DNA from: Sporomusaceae bacterium | GTDB lineage: Bacteria; Bacillota; Negativicutes; UBA1444 | NCBI GenBank assembly: GCA_018434355.1 | Contig: JAHDPL010000029.1 | Span: forward strand, 1,127-65,126 | Length of the DNA stretch: 64,000 bases | Direction of reading: 5' to 3' | Shown here: piece by piece, positions 37,101-47,013 of the stretch | Layout: each line of letters begins with the position of its first letter | Numbering within the stretch: the stretch's first letter is position 1 | Position numbers and translations under genes: made by a program | Notes under the pieces: model-generated | Database searches by the model: none | What the model was told of the DNA's origin: nothing | What the model saw: the letters and a program-made list of their open reading frames with translations, nothing else

Positions 37101-38156
37101 ACGCCGATTATCGCCTTGACGGCCTATTCGCTGGCCGGCGATGAGGAAAAGTGTCTGAAAGCCGGCATGGACGGGTATATCCGGAAACCTTTCGAGGTTA
37201 GCCAAATCCTTGATATTCTGCGGAAATACGCATTGCTTGACGCAGACGCTGCTGCCGAAAATCAGGAGACTAGACCGCGTTATAAGTTGCTGGTTGTCGA
37301 CGACACGCAGATGAACACCCTGCTGCTATGTAAAGCACTGGAAACGGAATACCTGGTGCGTGTCGCCCATAGCGGGCGTGAGGCTTTGGAACTGCTGCAG
37401 ACGGAATCGTTGCCGGACCTGATTATCCTGGACATCATGATGCCGGAAATGAATGGCTATGAAGTCTGCAACGCACTGAAGGGCAATCCGGAAACCAGCG
37501 CCATTCCAGTAATTTTCCTTTCGGCGATGGAGAGCGAACAGGAGCAGATCCATGGCATGCAGCTCGGTGCGGTCGATTTCATCGCCAAACCTTTTAGCCT
37601 GCCGGGGATCAAAGCCACGATCAAGCATCATTTGCCTGCACAGCCAGGGGCGACCAACAATCTTGCCGACATCTGGCAGGATGAACTCACTCGCATAATA
37701 AACCGCAGGCGTTTCACCGAACTGTTGGAAGTGGAACTCGTGGGTGCTAAAGCGGCAGAACGACCTTTGTCAGTCCTGTTTTTCGACATCGACTGTTTCA
37801 AAAACTATAATGCTGCCTACGGAAATCTGGCCGGCGACAACTGCCTTTGGAAAATCGCCCAGGTTTTGCAAAAGAATCTGCCGCGGCAACGCGATGCACT
37901 TGCCCGTTGGGGCGGTGACAAATTTGCCTGCTTGTTGCCGGATACCGACCGGCGGCACGCGGTACTGATCGGCGAACAATTGTGCAAATCGGTTGAAATG
38001 ATGGCGATAACGCATGAATCATCTTCGGTGGCGGAAGTGGTCACCGTGTCGGTCGGGGTGGCGACCTGGCAATCAGGCGACGCGTCAACCGGCGAAGCAT
38101 TGATGGAGGCTGCCGCAAAAGCGCTGGCGGACTCGCGGGGAGGTTGTTATGGATAA
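34131..38156 (+). CDS. Hybrid sensor kinase: TM-Cache-TM-GAF-HisKA-HATPase-pseudoREC-REC-REC-degenerate GGDEF
   Basis: FLANMSHEIRTPMNG, NLLSNALKFT, DSGIG and GGTGLGL; three REC-like domains; C-terminal RQRD-ALARW-GGDKF. Confidence 0.9.
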   Translation: MQSLLHPLLAGESLLRNLNKLIVVFSVSLLCLIWTGVYYQLDNERQAELRSAIRDTANMARAFEEHTLRTINSADQAALFLKYQYEQEGREMDIPRYVREGRFANLPFVLLGVIDEHGQFAVSNQVPFVPSNLKDREHFQVHLGVDKGDLFISKPVLGRSSGKWSIQMTRRANKPDGSLAGVVVVSVDPFYFTEFYRQVDMGKNSIVTLVGLDGIVRARQAGENSAVGQDLRTASLMRDIAAGRRAGSFTEVSMVDGVKRIHSYRAMAKYPLAVVVGVDEAEVLGRLNERAEDYFWAAGLVSLVICIFSAWLLRLTRQQQRVAEERKQQNRFQKMIADISLDFINTSAETVDEKINRTLQAVSEFFKVERSYFLSSMPEQARASMTHEWCAAGIASRLAETQNCRIDYQIIGEERLAAIRDGEIVHLRDEENPLTQCDAAVCQMQPDPKINHLLIPIRVNNRIAGLWGFQSTKQPIQWQEEQLALLRIVANTLSEVLAKRGLESEIIQAKEKAEMANMAKSQFLANMSHEIRTPMNGILGFLQLLETTPLAADQAEFVHHIKLSSNILRNLINDVLDLSKIEAKKMELEQRPFQLHSVVEDILAPFTLSAYEKKLGLHLFIAANTPEQVVGDSVRLQQALSNLLSNALKFTSEGEVQLEVSLVGETESEYQVGFVVKDSGIGMSEASLAGVFKPFTQADNSTTRKYGGTGLGLSITKSIIEMMRGEIMAESCEGGGSVFRFTIFLGKTSVSTPATTVAAQALLGQRILVVEPNPVCRNIIKAYLAEIGIEVDFLADGAQTIALFMNSPSMPKYAAVLVDYTLPDMKAWDLVSVIRLAGLDPTVPLLLLVPGVLKLQEKQESHLGEVSGFIDTPLHKRELWMALEQALAHAVHSGGVSPMPVEQNADDRRTLAATKNKVLVVEDNEINYKYLNNVLKRNGLVSDWAINGIEALQLVGQNDYSLIWMDCQMPVMDGFEATRRIRQLEAGRQNTPIIALTAYSLAGDEEKCLKAGMDGYIRKPFEVSQILDILRKYALLDADAAAENQETRPRYKLLVVDDTQMNTLLLCKALETEYLVRVAHSGREALELLQTESLPDLIILDIMMPEMNGYEVCNALKGNPETSAIPVIFLSAMESEQEQIHGMQLGAVDFIAKPFSLPGIKATIKHHLPAQPGATNNLADIWQDELTRIINRRRFTELLEVELVGAKAAERPLSVLFFDIDCFKNYNAAYGNLAGDNCLWKIAQVLQKNLPRQRDALARWGGDKFACLLPDTDRRHAVLIGEQLCKSVEMMAITHESSSVAEVVTVSVGVATWQSGDASTGEALMEAAAKALADSRGGCYG

Positions 38157-39270
38157 ACCAACGATTTTAATCGTCGATGATGAACCGATCAATCTTTCCA
38201 TGCTGAAGAACCTGTTGGCGGACCGATATCAGGTCAGAGCCTGCAAACGAGGCGAAGACGCCGTACGTGCGGTCAATGTCGAGCCGCGCCCCGATCTGGT
38301 GCTGCTCGATATCATGATGCCGGACATAGACGGATTTGAGGTGCTGGCGCGAATCAAACAGGAGCCGAAGAATCGGGCGATTCCGGTCATCTTCGTGTCG
38401 GCTCTCGATGGAACGATCGATGAGGAAAAAGGCTTTCAACTGGGGGCGGTGGATTATATTACGAAGCCATTCCGTTCAGCCATTGTGTTGGAACGGGTTC
38501 GGGTTCACCTGGAACTCAAACGGGCACGGGACATTCTAAAAGACCAGAACGAATGGCTGGAGGCCGAGGTTGGCCGCAGGCTCAAGGAAAATCAGCTGAT
38601 TCAGGATCTTACGCTGACTGTGATTACCGAACTGGCAGACACGCGCGATGCGGAAACGGCCCATCACATCCTGCGAACCCGTAGCTATGTGGAGATACTG
38701 GGCCGATGTTTGCAACTGCAGTCGCCGTATGCAAACGAGTTGACCGAAGCATACCTGAACAATATTGTCAAAGCATCGCCATTGCATGATATTGGCAAGA
38801 TCGGCATTCCCGACTCGATTCTGCTGAAACCGGGCAGACTCACCGAGGCGGAATTCGAAATCATGAAGCGCCATTGCAGCATAGGTGGACAAGCGATCCG
38901 CAGCGCGATCGACAAGGCTTTGGCGATGAACCGCAGCAATCTGGAAGCAGAAAAACCAATGTCGTTGCAGTTTCTCGAAGTCGCCAAAACGATTGCCGAC
39001 CATCATCATGAAAAATGGGATGGCAGCGGATATCCGCAAGGGCTCAAAGGGTCGGCAATACCGCTGCCGGCCAGGTTGATGGCGCTGGCCGATGTATTTG
39101 ACGCGTTGACGACACCGCGGGTTTACAAACGAGCTTGGTCTATGCTAGAGACCGTTGACTATGTGAGACAGCAAAGCGGTTTGCATTTCGACCCGGATGT
39201 GGTAGAGGCGTTTGTAAGCGAGCAGGCGGCATTTGCCGAAGTGATGGCGCGGATGGCGGACCGGCGGTAG
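38149..39270 (+). CDS. REC-HD-GYP cyclic di-GMP phosphodiesterase (RpfG-like)
   Basis: REC domain; RD.ET..H, LHDIGKIGIPD, HHEKWDGSGYP and ADVFDALTT.R.YK motifs. Confidence 0.93.
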   Translation: MDKPTILIVDDEPINLSMLKNLLADRYQVRACKRGEDAVRAVNVEPRPDLVLLDIMMPDIDGFEVLARIKQEPKNRAIPVIFVSALDGTIDEEKGFQLGAVDYITKPFRSAIVLERVRVHLELKRARDILKDQNEWLEAEVGRRLKENQLIQDLTLTVITELADTRDAETAHHILRTRSYVEILGRCLQLQSPYANELTEAYLNNIVKASPLHDIGKIGIPDSILLKPGRLTEAEFEIMKRHCSIGGQAIRSAIDKALAMNRSNLEAEKPMSLQFLEVAKTIADHHHEKWDGSGYPQGLKGSAIPLPARLMALADVFDALTTPRVYKRAWSMLETVDYVRQQSGLHFDPDVVEAFVSEQAAFAEVMARMADRR

Positions 39271-39306
39271 TCGGTTTGCCTTGAGGGTACATTGCGTGCT
39301 GAAAGG

Positions 39307-40506
39307 ATGGATTTAGCCATGGAGCCACTTGTGATGATCGTCGATGATGAACCGATCAACATCAGGGTTTTTTCCCGGATGTTGACAGAACATGGCATTC
39401 ACTGCATGACAGCTCTTAGCGGTGCGGAGTGTTTGCAAAAAATTGCCGAGCGCAAGCCCGATGTGATTTTGCTTGATGCGATGATGCCGGTGATGAACGG
39501 ATTTGAACTGGCCCGTCATCTTAAGGAAAATCCCGAAACCAATTTCATTCCGCTGGTGATGGTGACGGCGCTTACCGACCTGGAGGCGCGAATTCGTGCA
39601 CTGGATGCCGGTGTGGATGATTTTCTGAGCAAGCCGGTGGATTATGCGGAACTATTGGCACGAGTCAACGCTTCCTTCAAAGTGAAGCAGTATCACGACG
39701 AAATCATACGCCAGAAACGGGAAAAAGAAGAATTACTGAACAAAACCCTCAAAGGAACGATCCGATTGTTGGTGGAAATTCTGGCCTTGACCAATCCGGC
39801 CGGGTTCAGTCAGTGTTCGCGACTGGTGCCGCTCACTAGGAAACTGGCGCAATATATGATGGCGGAAGACGCCTGGCAGGCGGAGATGGCAATGATGTTG
39901 TCGCCGATTGTCGAAATCATGATTCCGCCAGCCTTGGTCGATAAAATGCGGCGAGGCGATCAGTTGGAACCTGACGAACAAAAAATGTATGGCTCCCGAA
40001 CAAAACAGGGGATCAAGCTGCTGGGTGACATTCCGCATCTGCAGGACATCGCCCGGGCGCTGGCGTATCGGCACAAAAACTTTGACGGCAGCGGCATGCC
40101 GACAGACCGTGTCAGCGGCAACGAGATTCCGGTCGCAGCCCGGATTGCCAAGGCGGTTTTTGATTATGACCGGTTGTCGGTTCAATATCCAAGCGCCGAT
40201 GTCGTGGCAATGATGAGACAGAGCGAGGGAAAATACGACTTGAACATCTTGGCGCTGATCGAAGACCTGCGGCGTGTGGTTGTGCCGGATTCCTTGATTA
40301 GGGAGGTGGCGGTCGCCAGTCTGACGCCGGGAATGATTCTGGCCCAGGATGTGACCGATAGTGGCGGGCGACTGTTGATCGGCAAGGGAGTGGAAGTGAC
40401 CGAACTGCTGAAACTACGGCTGCATTATCTGGCGGCGGCAGGCACGATCCGCAGCGGGGTCCGCGCTTATGAAGGCGGATTCGTCATGGAAAAGTCGTCG
40501 GGATAA
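39307..40506 (+). CDS. REC plus degenerate HD-GYP plus C-terminal L.PGM domain
   Basis: Intact REC; HD dyad replaced (MLSPIVEIMIP); HKNFDGSGMP instead of HHE.WDGSGYP. Confidence 0.82.
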   Translation: MDLAMEPLVMIVDDEPINIRVFSRMLTEHGIHCMTALSGAECLQKIAERKPDVILLDAMMPVMNGFELARHLKENPETNFIPLVMVTALTDLEARIRALDAGVDDFLSKPVDYAELLARVNASFKVKQYHDEIIRQKREKEELLNKTLKGTIRLLVEILALTNPAGFSQCSRLVPLTRKLAQYMMAEDAWQAEMAMMLSPIVEIMIPPALVDKMRRGDQLEPDEQKMYGSRTKQGIKLLGDIPHLQDIARALAYRHKNFDGSGMPTDRVSGNEIPVAARIAKAVFDYDRLSVQYPSADVVAMMRQSEGKYDLNILALIEDLRRVVVPDSLIREVAVASLTPGMILAQDVTDSGGRLLIGKGVEVTELLKLRLHYLAAAGTIRSGVRAYEGGFVMEKSSG

Positions 40507-40552
40507 GCACAGTTGCTATTAGTATTGAAATAAAAGTCGTCTTGGAGGAATC

Positions 40553-43500
40553 GTGATGGAGAACTTGGCAGAAAGCACTCGGATGGCTTTCCGGTTGGCC
40601 AAGGTGGGCAGCTGGAGTTTTGATCCGAACACCATGCAGGGATGTTGGAGCGAAGAGGCGGCTGCCATTCATGGTCTTGCTCCCGGCCCAGTGCCTCCGC
40701 TGGCGCAGTATGCGTCGCTGTTTGAAAATCTTAGCCTCGAAACGCTGGAACAACATATAAAACTGGCCGTAGAGGCAAAACGGCCTTTTGCGTTTGAGGC
40801 AAAACTGAAGTTGCCGGATGGCAAAGAAAAGTGGGTGCGTTGGAACGGGCAGCCTGTAACAGAGCAGGGCCGTGTCGTACGGATCGATGGTGCGGTGCAG
40901 GACATCAGCGAAATGAGAGCGGCTCAGCAACAATCGCAAAAAGATAGCTTGTTGCTGGAAGCCTTTTTTACGGTACTACCAGACCTGCTGTTTTTGTTTG
41001 ACGGCGATGGGGTAATCCTGGAATATCGGGCTAGGACCGACGCCGATTTGTATATCCCTCCGGAAGTGTTTCTGGGCAAGGCGTTCCGCGAGGTTTTGCC
41101 TGCAGAGGTTGCCGGCTTGTTTCACTACGCAATGCAACAGGCAAAGGAAACCGGCGACTATTGCCGGTTTGAGTATGAACTGCCGATGCCGGACGGACGG
41201 CAGATGCGGTTTGAGTGCCGGTTGAATTGTCTGCCAAATGGCGAACGGTATATTGCAATCGTTCGTGATATCACGAAAACATTCAGGGTGATGCAGGAAC
41301 TGGCGGAGAGCGAACAACGTTTTCGCAGTCTGCTGGAGAACGCTCCGTTTCCGGTAATCATTGCCCGGGCTCGCGACGGAGTCCTATTATACGGAAATGC
41401 TCAGGCCAAACTCCGTTTTGGGGGCTCCGGCAGCGAAGGCTTAGGGCTGGAAGCAAACAGGTTCTATCAGAACAACGAAGACCGTCAGCTGTTTTTGACA
41501 ACTCTGTGGCAGCAGGGGTGTGTTCAAGATTGGGAAATCCCAATGCTTGATTTGCAGGGAAAGATGTATTGGGCGTTGATGTCCGGTTCATTGGTCGAAT
41601 ATGGCGGTGAATCTGCCGTCATGGTGGCAATCAACGATATCAGCCGACGAAAAAGGGCGGAACAGGAACTGGAGCAGGAGCGACGACGGTTGCGGGAACG
41701 GGTCAAGGAACAGCAGTGCCTGCACTCTGTATTTGCGATTACCGAAGACGATGCCACCCCATTGCCACAACTGCTGCAATGCGTGGTGCAGGAAATCGCA
41801 ACCGGCTGGCAATATCCCGACATCACAGCAGTTTGTCTGGAATATGACGGGCAACAATTCTTCACAGCCAATTTTATGAGAAATTCCTGGTTGCTGGAAA
41901 CGTCGGCAATCCTGATTGATGGCGGTGAGCTCCGCTTGCAGGTTGCCTATATCGAAGAGCGACCGCCAGAGGATGAAGGACCTTTTTTGCAGGAGGAGCG
42001 GCTGTTGGCGGAAACCATTGTGCAGCGGCTGAAGGAGATGCTGAATCGCCGGCGCAGCGTAGCAGCAATCCGGCAACATGAAGAATTGCTCCATGTAATG
42101 TATGACATGACGACGGACGCAATCGTTTTGACTGATCCGCTGCAGGGAGATTTCATCGAATTCAATCGGTCGGCCTATCAGGGACTCGGTTATACGGCAG
42201 CGGAGTTTGCCAAAATGAGTATCAGGGATATTCAGGCCGAATATTCGCCGGAAAAAATCGTCTCAGTTCTGCAGTCGGTGGCAAACGGGCATCCTGCTGA
42301 ATGCGAGACGCGTCACCGCTGCAAGGATGGCAAGATCGAAGCGGCGTTAGTCCGGTTGGCGCGAGTCGAACATGGTGGAAGGACCTTGATTTGCAATTCA
42401 TGGCGTCATATCACCGAACAAAAACAGCGGGAACACTTGCAACTGGTCGTGACAGAGCGATTAAAACTTCACAACTGGCTGATTCGCAAAATCAGTCTGC
42501 ATGAAGCGGGCTTTAATGGTGACGTGGAGAGTATGGCCCATGAAGTGACGGAACTGTTGGCGATGAATCTGGGGATCGCCCGGGTAAGCGTCTGGTGTTA
42601 TAGCGAAAATGAAACCCGGCTTGAATGTCTCGCGCAGTTCGACGCCTTGACAGGAACCCATTCCTCTGGGATGCTGCTGGAAGAAAGTCGCTATCGGTCC
42701 GAGTTTTCTTTTATCAAAGGCAGTCGTTACGTGGATGCGGATGATGTAATGACCGATCCTCGCACTGTTGGCTATCGCGAGGATTATCTGATTCCGGCAG
42801 GTATCGTTTCGATGCTGGATTGCAGCATTGTATTCGGCGGTCGCAATCTGGGCGTGATCTGTTTTGAACAGGTAAAAACGCCGCACCATTGGGAAAACGA
42901 TGAGATCATCTTTGGCTGCCAGGTGGCGGACCAATTCGGTATGGCCTTTTTGAACCGGGACCGCTGGAAAATCCTGCGTTCGCTGGTACAGAGCGAGGCA
43001 TTTTTAAATCGGGCTCAGGCAGTGTCAAAAACCGGTCACTGGAATCTGGATATTCCACAAAACAACTTGCTCTGGTCCAATGAAACCTACCGGATCTTTG
43101 GCGTCGAAATCGGAACGCGCCTGATGTTGGAGGACTTTTTCAACCTGGTTCATCCTGATGATCGTGCCGGGGTCGCTGAGGCATGGAAAAAGGCGATGGT
43201 TGGAGAGCAGTATCAGGTGGTACATCGGATTGTTGTCGACGGCGAAACCTTCTGGGTGGAAGAACGATGCGAAATCGAAACGGATTCGGCTGGCCGACCG
43301 CTGGTCGCCATGGGAACCGTGCAGGACATCAGCGAAAAAGTCAGGACGTTGCATGAACTGGAAAACTATCGGGCGCATCTGGAAGATCTGGTCGCGTCCC
43401 GCACCGCCGAGCTGGAAGCGGCCAAGACGGCGGCGGAAGCGGCCAGCTTGGCCAAAAGTTCATTCCTGTCCAACATGAGTCATGAAATCCGTACGCCGAT

Positions 43501-45694
43501 GAATTCGATTATCGGCTACGCACACCTGGTCCGTCAGGAACCGTTGACGCTGAAACAGACCCACCAGATGGACCGGTTGGCTGGCGCGGCCCGCCATCTG
43601 ATGCAGATCATCAATGATATTCTGGATCTGTCCAAAATCGAAGCCAACAAAATGACGCTGGAAATCGGCGACTTTGAGCCGGGGCAATTGATTGAAAGCG
43701 TTTGTAGTTTGGTGGAAGCAGACGTGGCGGAGAAAAAGCTCTATCTTTTGATTGACCTGCAGAACTACAAGCCGGTATTGCTGCGCGGCGACGGCGTACG
43801 GTTGCGGCAGATTCTGTTGAACATGGTCAGCAATGCCGTCAAATTTACTGAACATGGCGGAATTACCATCGCCGGACGCAGCTGGGCCAGTGGGTCCAAC
43901 AGGATCACCCTGCGGATCGAAGTCAGGGATACCGGCATCGGTATTCCGCAAAATCAACTGCCCCGATTGTTCCATGAATTTGAACAGATCGATGGATCAT
44001 CAACCAGGCGCTACGGGGGAACCGGGCTGGGCTTGGCGATCTGTCGCAAACTGGCGAACTTGATGGGAGGAGAAATCGGCGTCGAGAGCAGCGAAGGTAG
44101 TGGCAGTACCTTTTGGCTGGAAATCGGCTTTGACATTTCTGGCAACGCGCCGGTCCAGTCGCCGGAACTATCGAGTTTCGAAGGCATTCGCGCATTGGTT
44201 GTGGATGATGTCGAGGATGCCCGGCTGATTCTCTCGGCAATGTTAGGCGAGCTGGGGCTAAGGGCTGATACGGCGATCTCCGGGCAGGCAGGACTGGAAG
44301 CGATCCAGACAGCCGATAGCCAAGGCGACCCTTATAAACTATTGATTGTCGACCTGAACATGCCGCTTATGAACGGGCTGGAGATGGTACAGTCGCTGCA
44401 CTCGCTCAGCCTGCGACAACATCCGGCGATTGTCATGGCAACTGCCTTCAGCAACGAAGTCTCCTTTGAAGAAACTGCTCGGGCAGGGATTGCCAGGGTA
44501 CTGGCAAAACCTTTGACGATGTCACGATTGCGGACTGTTCTTGAGGAATTGTTGCGGCAATTGCCGTCCGTCGAACCGGAGTATCAGGTTTCGGTCCAGC
44601 CGGATAACATTGCTGCGGATTTGAAATTGCGGCAAGGCTCGCATATCCTGGTGGTGGAAGATAATCCGATTAATCAGGACGTCGCCGGGCAGCTGCTGAC
44701 GTCGGTCGGGATGCAGGTCAGTTTTGCTGACAATGGACGGCAGGCTGTCGAGCTGGTTCGTCTCAATCCTTATGATTTAGTCCTGATGGATGTGCAGATG
44801 CCTGTTATGGATGGATTGGCGGCCACTGCGGCGATTCGGCGACTGGCAGGCGGCGAGAAGATTCCGGTCTTGGCGATGACTGCCAATGCATTCGAGGAAG
44901 ACCGATTGAAGGCGATTGCAGCAGGGATGAATGACCATCTGGGGAAACCGGTCGAACCTGATTTGCTTTACCGGGCGCTGGTGAAGTGGCTCCCGGTGAA
45001 AACGGCTCCAGGGCAGCCCGTTTCTGGTAGTCCCTCCGCCGTGGCATGCCTGTCTAGTCGGCCAATCGGAGCCGTTTCCCGTTCGGAAATGATAAATGCT
45101 TTGGCAAATATCGAGGGATTGGATGCGACGAGCGGACTCAACCGGATTTGTGGTGACGAAGGGTTCTATTTCAGCTTGCTCGAGCAATTTTGCCTGCAGC
45201 ATGCCGCAGATGGCGGCGTGTTGACCGAAAAGCTGGCGGCAGGAGACCGGGCCGGAATGGCCCAGGTCGCGCATGCGCTTAGGGGAGTCGCGGGAGCTCT
45301 CGGCGCCGAAAAAGTGCAACAACTGGCCCGCGTTCTGGAAGAGGCGATCAGAGTGGAAGCGACTGAAGATTCGTTGCAGCTGCTATTGCAGAAACTGGTG
45401 GAAGCATTGTCTGTCTTGGTGGCAAAGCTGCAAACTGTGTTCGGCAATGCGCAAACATCGTCGCCTATGACGAGAAACATCTCGGCGGCGCAGCCTGTAC
45501 GGGAGACTTTGCTGACACTGGCCGAACTGCTGTCGCGCAATGATGTTGCCGCCGCGGATGTGTTTGATTCTTCACGAACAATACTGGAACAGGCTTTGGG
45601 CGCCGACGTACAGCGACTGGGCCGGCAAATCGAGAACTACGATTACGCCGATGCGGCTAATATGGTGCGACTCTGGTTGGGCCGGGAAAGATGA
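40553..45694 (+). CDS. Cytoplasmic multi-PAS/GAF hybrid histidine kinase with two REC domains and Hpt
   Basis: About five PAS/PAC, GAF, SFLSNMSHEIRTPMN, GGTGLGL, two REC domains and AHALRGVAGALGA Hpt. Confidence 0.92.
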   Translation: MMENLAESTRMAFRLAKVGSWSFDPNTMQGCWSEEAAAIHGLAPGPVPPLAQYASLFENLSLETLEQHIKLAVEAKRPFAFEAKLKLPDGKEKWVRWNGQPVTEQGRVVRIDGAVQDISEMRAAQQQSQKDSLLLEAFFTVLPDLLFLFDGDGVILEYRARTDADLYIPPEVFLGKAFREVLPAEVAGLFHYAMQQAKETGDYCRFEYELPMPDGRQMRFECRLNCLPNGERYIAIVRDITKTFRVMQELAESEQRFRSLLENAPFPVIIARARDGVLLYGNAQAKLRFGGSGSEGLGLEANRFYQNNEDRQLFLTTLWQQGCVQDWEIPMLDLQGKMYWALMSGSLVEYGGESAVMVAINDISRRKRAEQELEQERRRLRERVKEQQCLHSVFAITEDDATPLPQLLQCVVQEIATGWQYPDITAVCLEYDGQQFFTANFMRNSWLLETSAILIDGGELRLQVAYIEERPPEDEGPFLQEERLLAETIVQRLKEMLNRRRSVAAIRQHEELLHVMYDMTTDAIVLTDPLQGDFIEFNRSAYQGLGYTAAEFAKMSIRDIQAEYSPEKIVSVLQSVANGHPAECETRHRCKDGKIEAALVRLARVEHGGRTLICNSWRHITEQKQREHLQLVVTERLKLHNWLIRKISLHEAGFNGDVESMAHEVTELLAMNLGIARVSVWCYSENETRLECLAQFDALTGTHSSGMLLEESRYRSEFSFIKGSRYVDADDVMTDPRTVGYREDYLIPAGIVSMLDCSIVFGGRNLGVICFEQVKTPHHWENDEIIFGCQVADQFGMAFLNRDRWKILRSLVQSEAFLNRAQAVSKTGHWNLDIPQNNLLWSNETYRIFGVEIGTRLMLEDFFNLVHPDDRAGVAEAWKKAMVGEQYQVVHRIVVDGETFWVEERCEIETDSAGRPLVAMGTVQDISEKVRTLHELENYRAHLEDLVASRTAELEAAKTAAEAASLAKSSFLSNMSHEIRTPMNSIIGYAHLVRQEPLTLKQTHQMDRLAGAARHLMQIINDILDLSKIEANKMTLEIGDFEPGQLIESVCSLVEADVAEKKLYLLIDLQNYKPVLLRGDGVRLRQILLNMVSNAVKFTEHGGITIAGRSWASGSNRITLRIEVRDTGIGIPQNQLPRLFHEFEQIDGSSTRRYGGTGLGLAICRKLANLMGGEIGVESSEGSGSTFWLEIGFDISGNAPVQSPELSSFEGIRALVVDDVEDARLILSAMLGELGLRADTAISGQAGLEAIQTADSQGDPYKLLIVDLNMPLMNGLEMVQSLHSLSLRQHPAIVMATAFSNEVSFEETARAGIARVLAKPLTMSRLRTVLEELLRQLPSVEPEYQVSVQPDNIAADLKLRQGSHILVVEDNPINQDVAGQLLTSVGMQVSFADNGRQAVELVRLNPYDLVLMDVQMPVMDGLAATAAIRRLAGGEKIPVLAMTANAFEEDRLKAIAAGMNDHLGKPVEPDLLYRALVKWLPVKTAPGQPVSGSPSAVACLSSRPIGAVSRSEMINALANIEGLDATSGLNRICGDEGFYFSLLEQFCLQHAADGGVLTEKLAAGDRAGMAQVAHALRGVAGALGAEKVQQLARVLEEAIRVEATEDSLQLLLQKLVEALSVLVAKLQTVFGNAQTSSPMTRNISAAQPVRETLLTLAELLSRNDVAAADVFDSSRTILEQALGADVQRLGRQIENYDYADAANMVRLWLGRER

Positions 45695-45704
45695 GGCTGC
45701 AGCG

Positions 45705-46940
45705 ATGAAAATTCTGGTAGTTGATGACGACAAGTTCAATCTGATGATTGCCAAGGATTCGCTGGAAGACCAGGTGGAACACAGCGGGATATTGTTATGC
45801 CGAAACCCATTGGAAGTGATGGGCCTGCTGGCGACAGAGGAAATCGGCGTGGTTTTGCTGGATATCGTGATGCCGCACCTGGACGGGATCAGTTTGCTGA
45901 AACAAATCCGCAGCAACCCTCAATATGATGACCTGCAGATCATCATGTTTTCAGCCGTTGCCGATCACGACAGCTTTCAGCGCTGCTTTGAAAGCGGCGC
46001 CAACGACTATGTGTCAAAACCGATCAATCCGCCGGAATTTATCGCACGGATGCGGGCTGCGGTAAAGATACGCAATAACGTGAAGAATCTCAAGGCCACA
46101 CAGGCATATCTGGCGCAGACGGAAAAACTAGTTTCCATTGGCGAACTGGCGGCAGGCGTCGCGCATGAAATCAATAATCCGCTCGGGTTTGTCGGCAGCA
46201 ACCTGGGAACAATCACTCGTTATCTGCAGACCATTGAGCAGTACATAAACAGCTGCAGGGAATTGGGACGACAAATCGGTGATCTGCAGGTGACGCGTGA
46301 AGAACTGACCGTCCGGCAGCAACAGGTCGATGCGTTGGCAAAAAAACTGAACCTGGAATATGTGTTGTCCGATTTGAAACCGGTGATTGAGGAATCGCGC
46401 GAAGGCGTAGTCCGGATTGAGAAAATCGTCCGTAGCTTGCGCAATTTTGCCCGCAGCAGTTCGGATGAAGAAGTTTTGCCGAACAGTATGGAACAGATTT
46501 TGGATGAGGCGTTGCAAATTTTGCAGAACGAAATAAAATATGTCGCCACGGTGGAAAAAGAATGTCAACCTGCTGCACTGGTCGCTTGTGACAAAGGCCA
46601 GCTTGTTCAGGTCCTGGTCAATGTTTTGCACAACGCAGCTCAGGCGATCAAGGCGCAGGCCAAAGACCATCTGGGTACGATACGGATTGAAATATACAGT
46701 GAAGAAACGAGCACTGTATGCCGGATCACAGACGACGGGCCGGGAATCAAGCCGGAGCATTTGCGCCGCGTGTTTGACCCGTTCTTTACGACAAAGGACG
46801 TTGGCAGCGGTACCGGACTAGGGCTGAGCATCGCTTATGGAATTGTAAAGAAGTATGGCGGAGAAATGACGGTTAACAGCGAATGGGGGTCGGGCGCCAG
46901 CTTTTCGATCAAGTTGCCGGCAATCCGACATGCCAGTTGA
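45705..46940 (+). CDS. REC-histidine kinase (NtrB-like kinase core)
   Basis: MKILVVDDD REC; EKL.SIGELAAGVAHEINNPL and FDPFFTTK.VG.GTGLGL motifs. Confidence 0.92.
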   Translation: MKILVVDDDKFNLMIAKDSLEDQVEHSGILLCRNPLEVMGLLATEEIGVVLLDIVMPHLDGISLLKQIRSNPQYDDLQIIMFSAVADHDSFQRCFESGANDYVSKPINPPEFIARMRAAVKIRNNVKNLKATQAYLAQTEKLVSIGELAAGVAHEINNPLGFVGSNLGTITRYLQTIEQYINSCRELGRQIGDLQVTREELTVRQQQVDALAKKLNLEYVLSDLKPVIEESREGVVRIEKIVRSLRNFARSSSDEEVLPNSMEQILDEALQILQNEIKYVATVEKECQPAALVACDKGQLVQVLVNVLHNAAQAIKAQAKDHLGTIRIEIYSEETSTVCRITDDGPGIKPEHLRRVFDPFFTTKDVGSGTGLGLSIAYGIVKKYGGEMTVNSEWGSGASFSIKLPAIRHAS

Positions 46941-46950
46941 GCGTTGCTGC

Positions 46951-47000
46951 AAAAAGAAACAGCGTCCAATCCTTATTCGGGTTGAACGCTGTTTCTTTTT
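46951..47000. terminator. Bidirectional terminator
   Basis: aaaaagaaacagcgt...acgctgtttcttttt. Confidence 0.8.
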
Positions 47001-47013
47001 CGGCGCTTATCGG

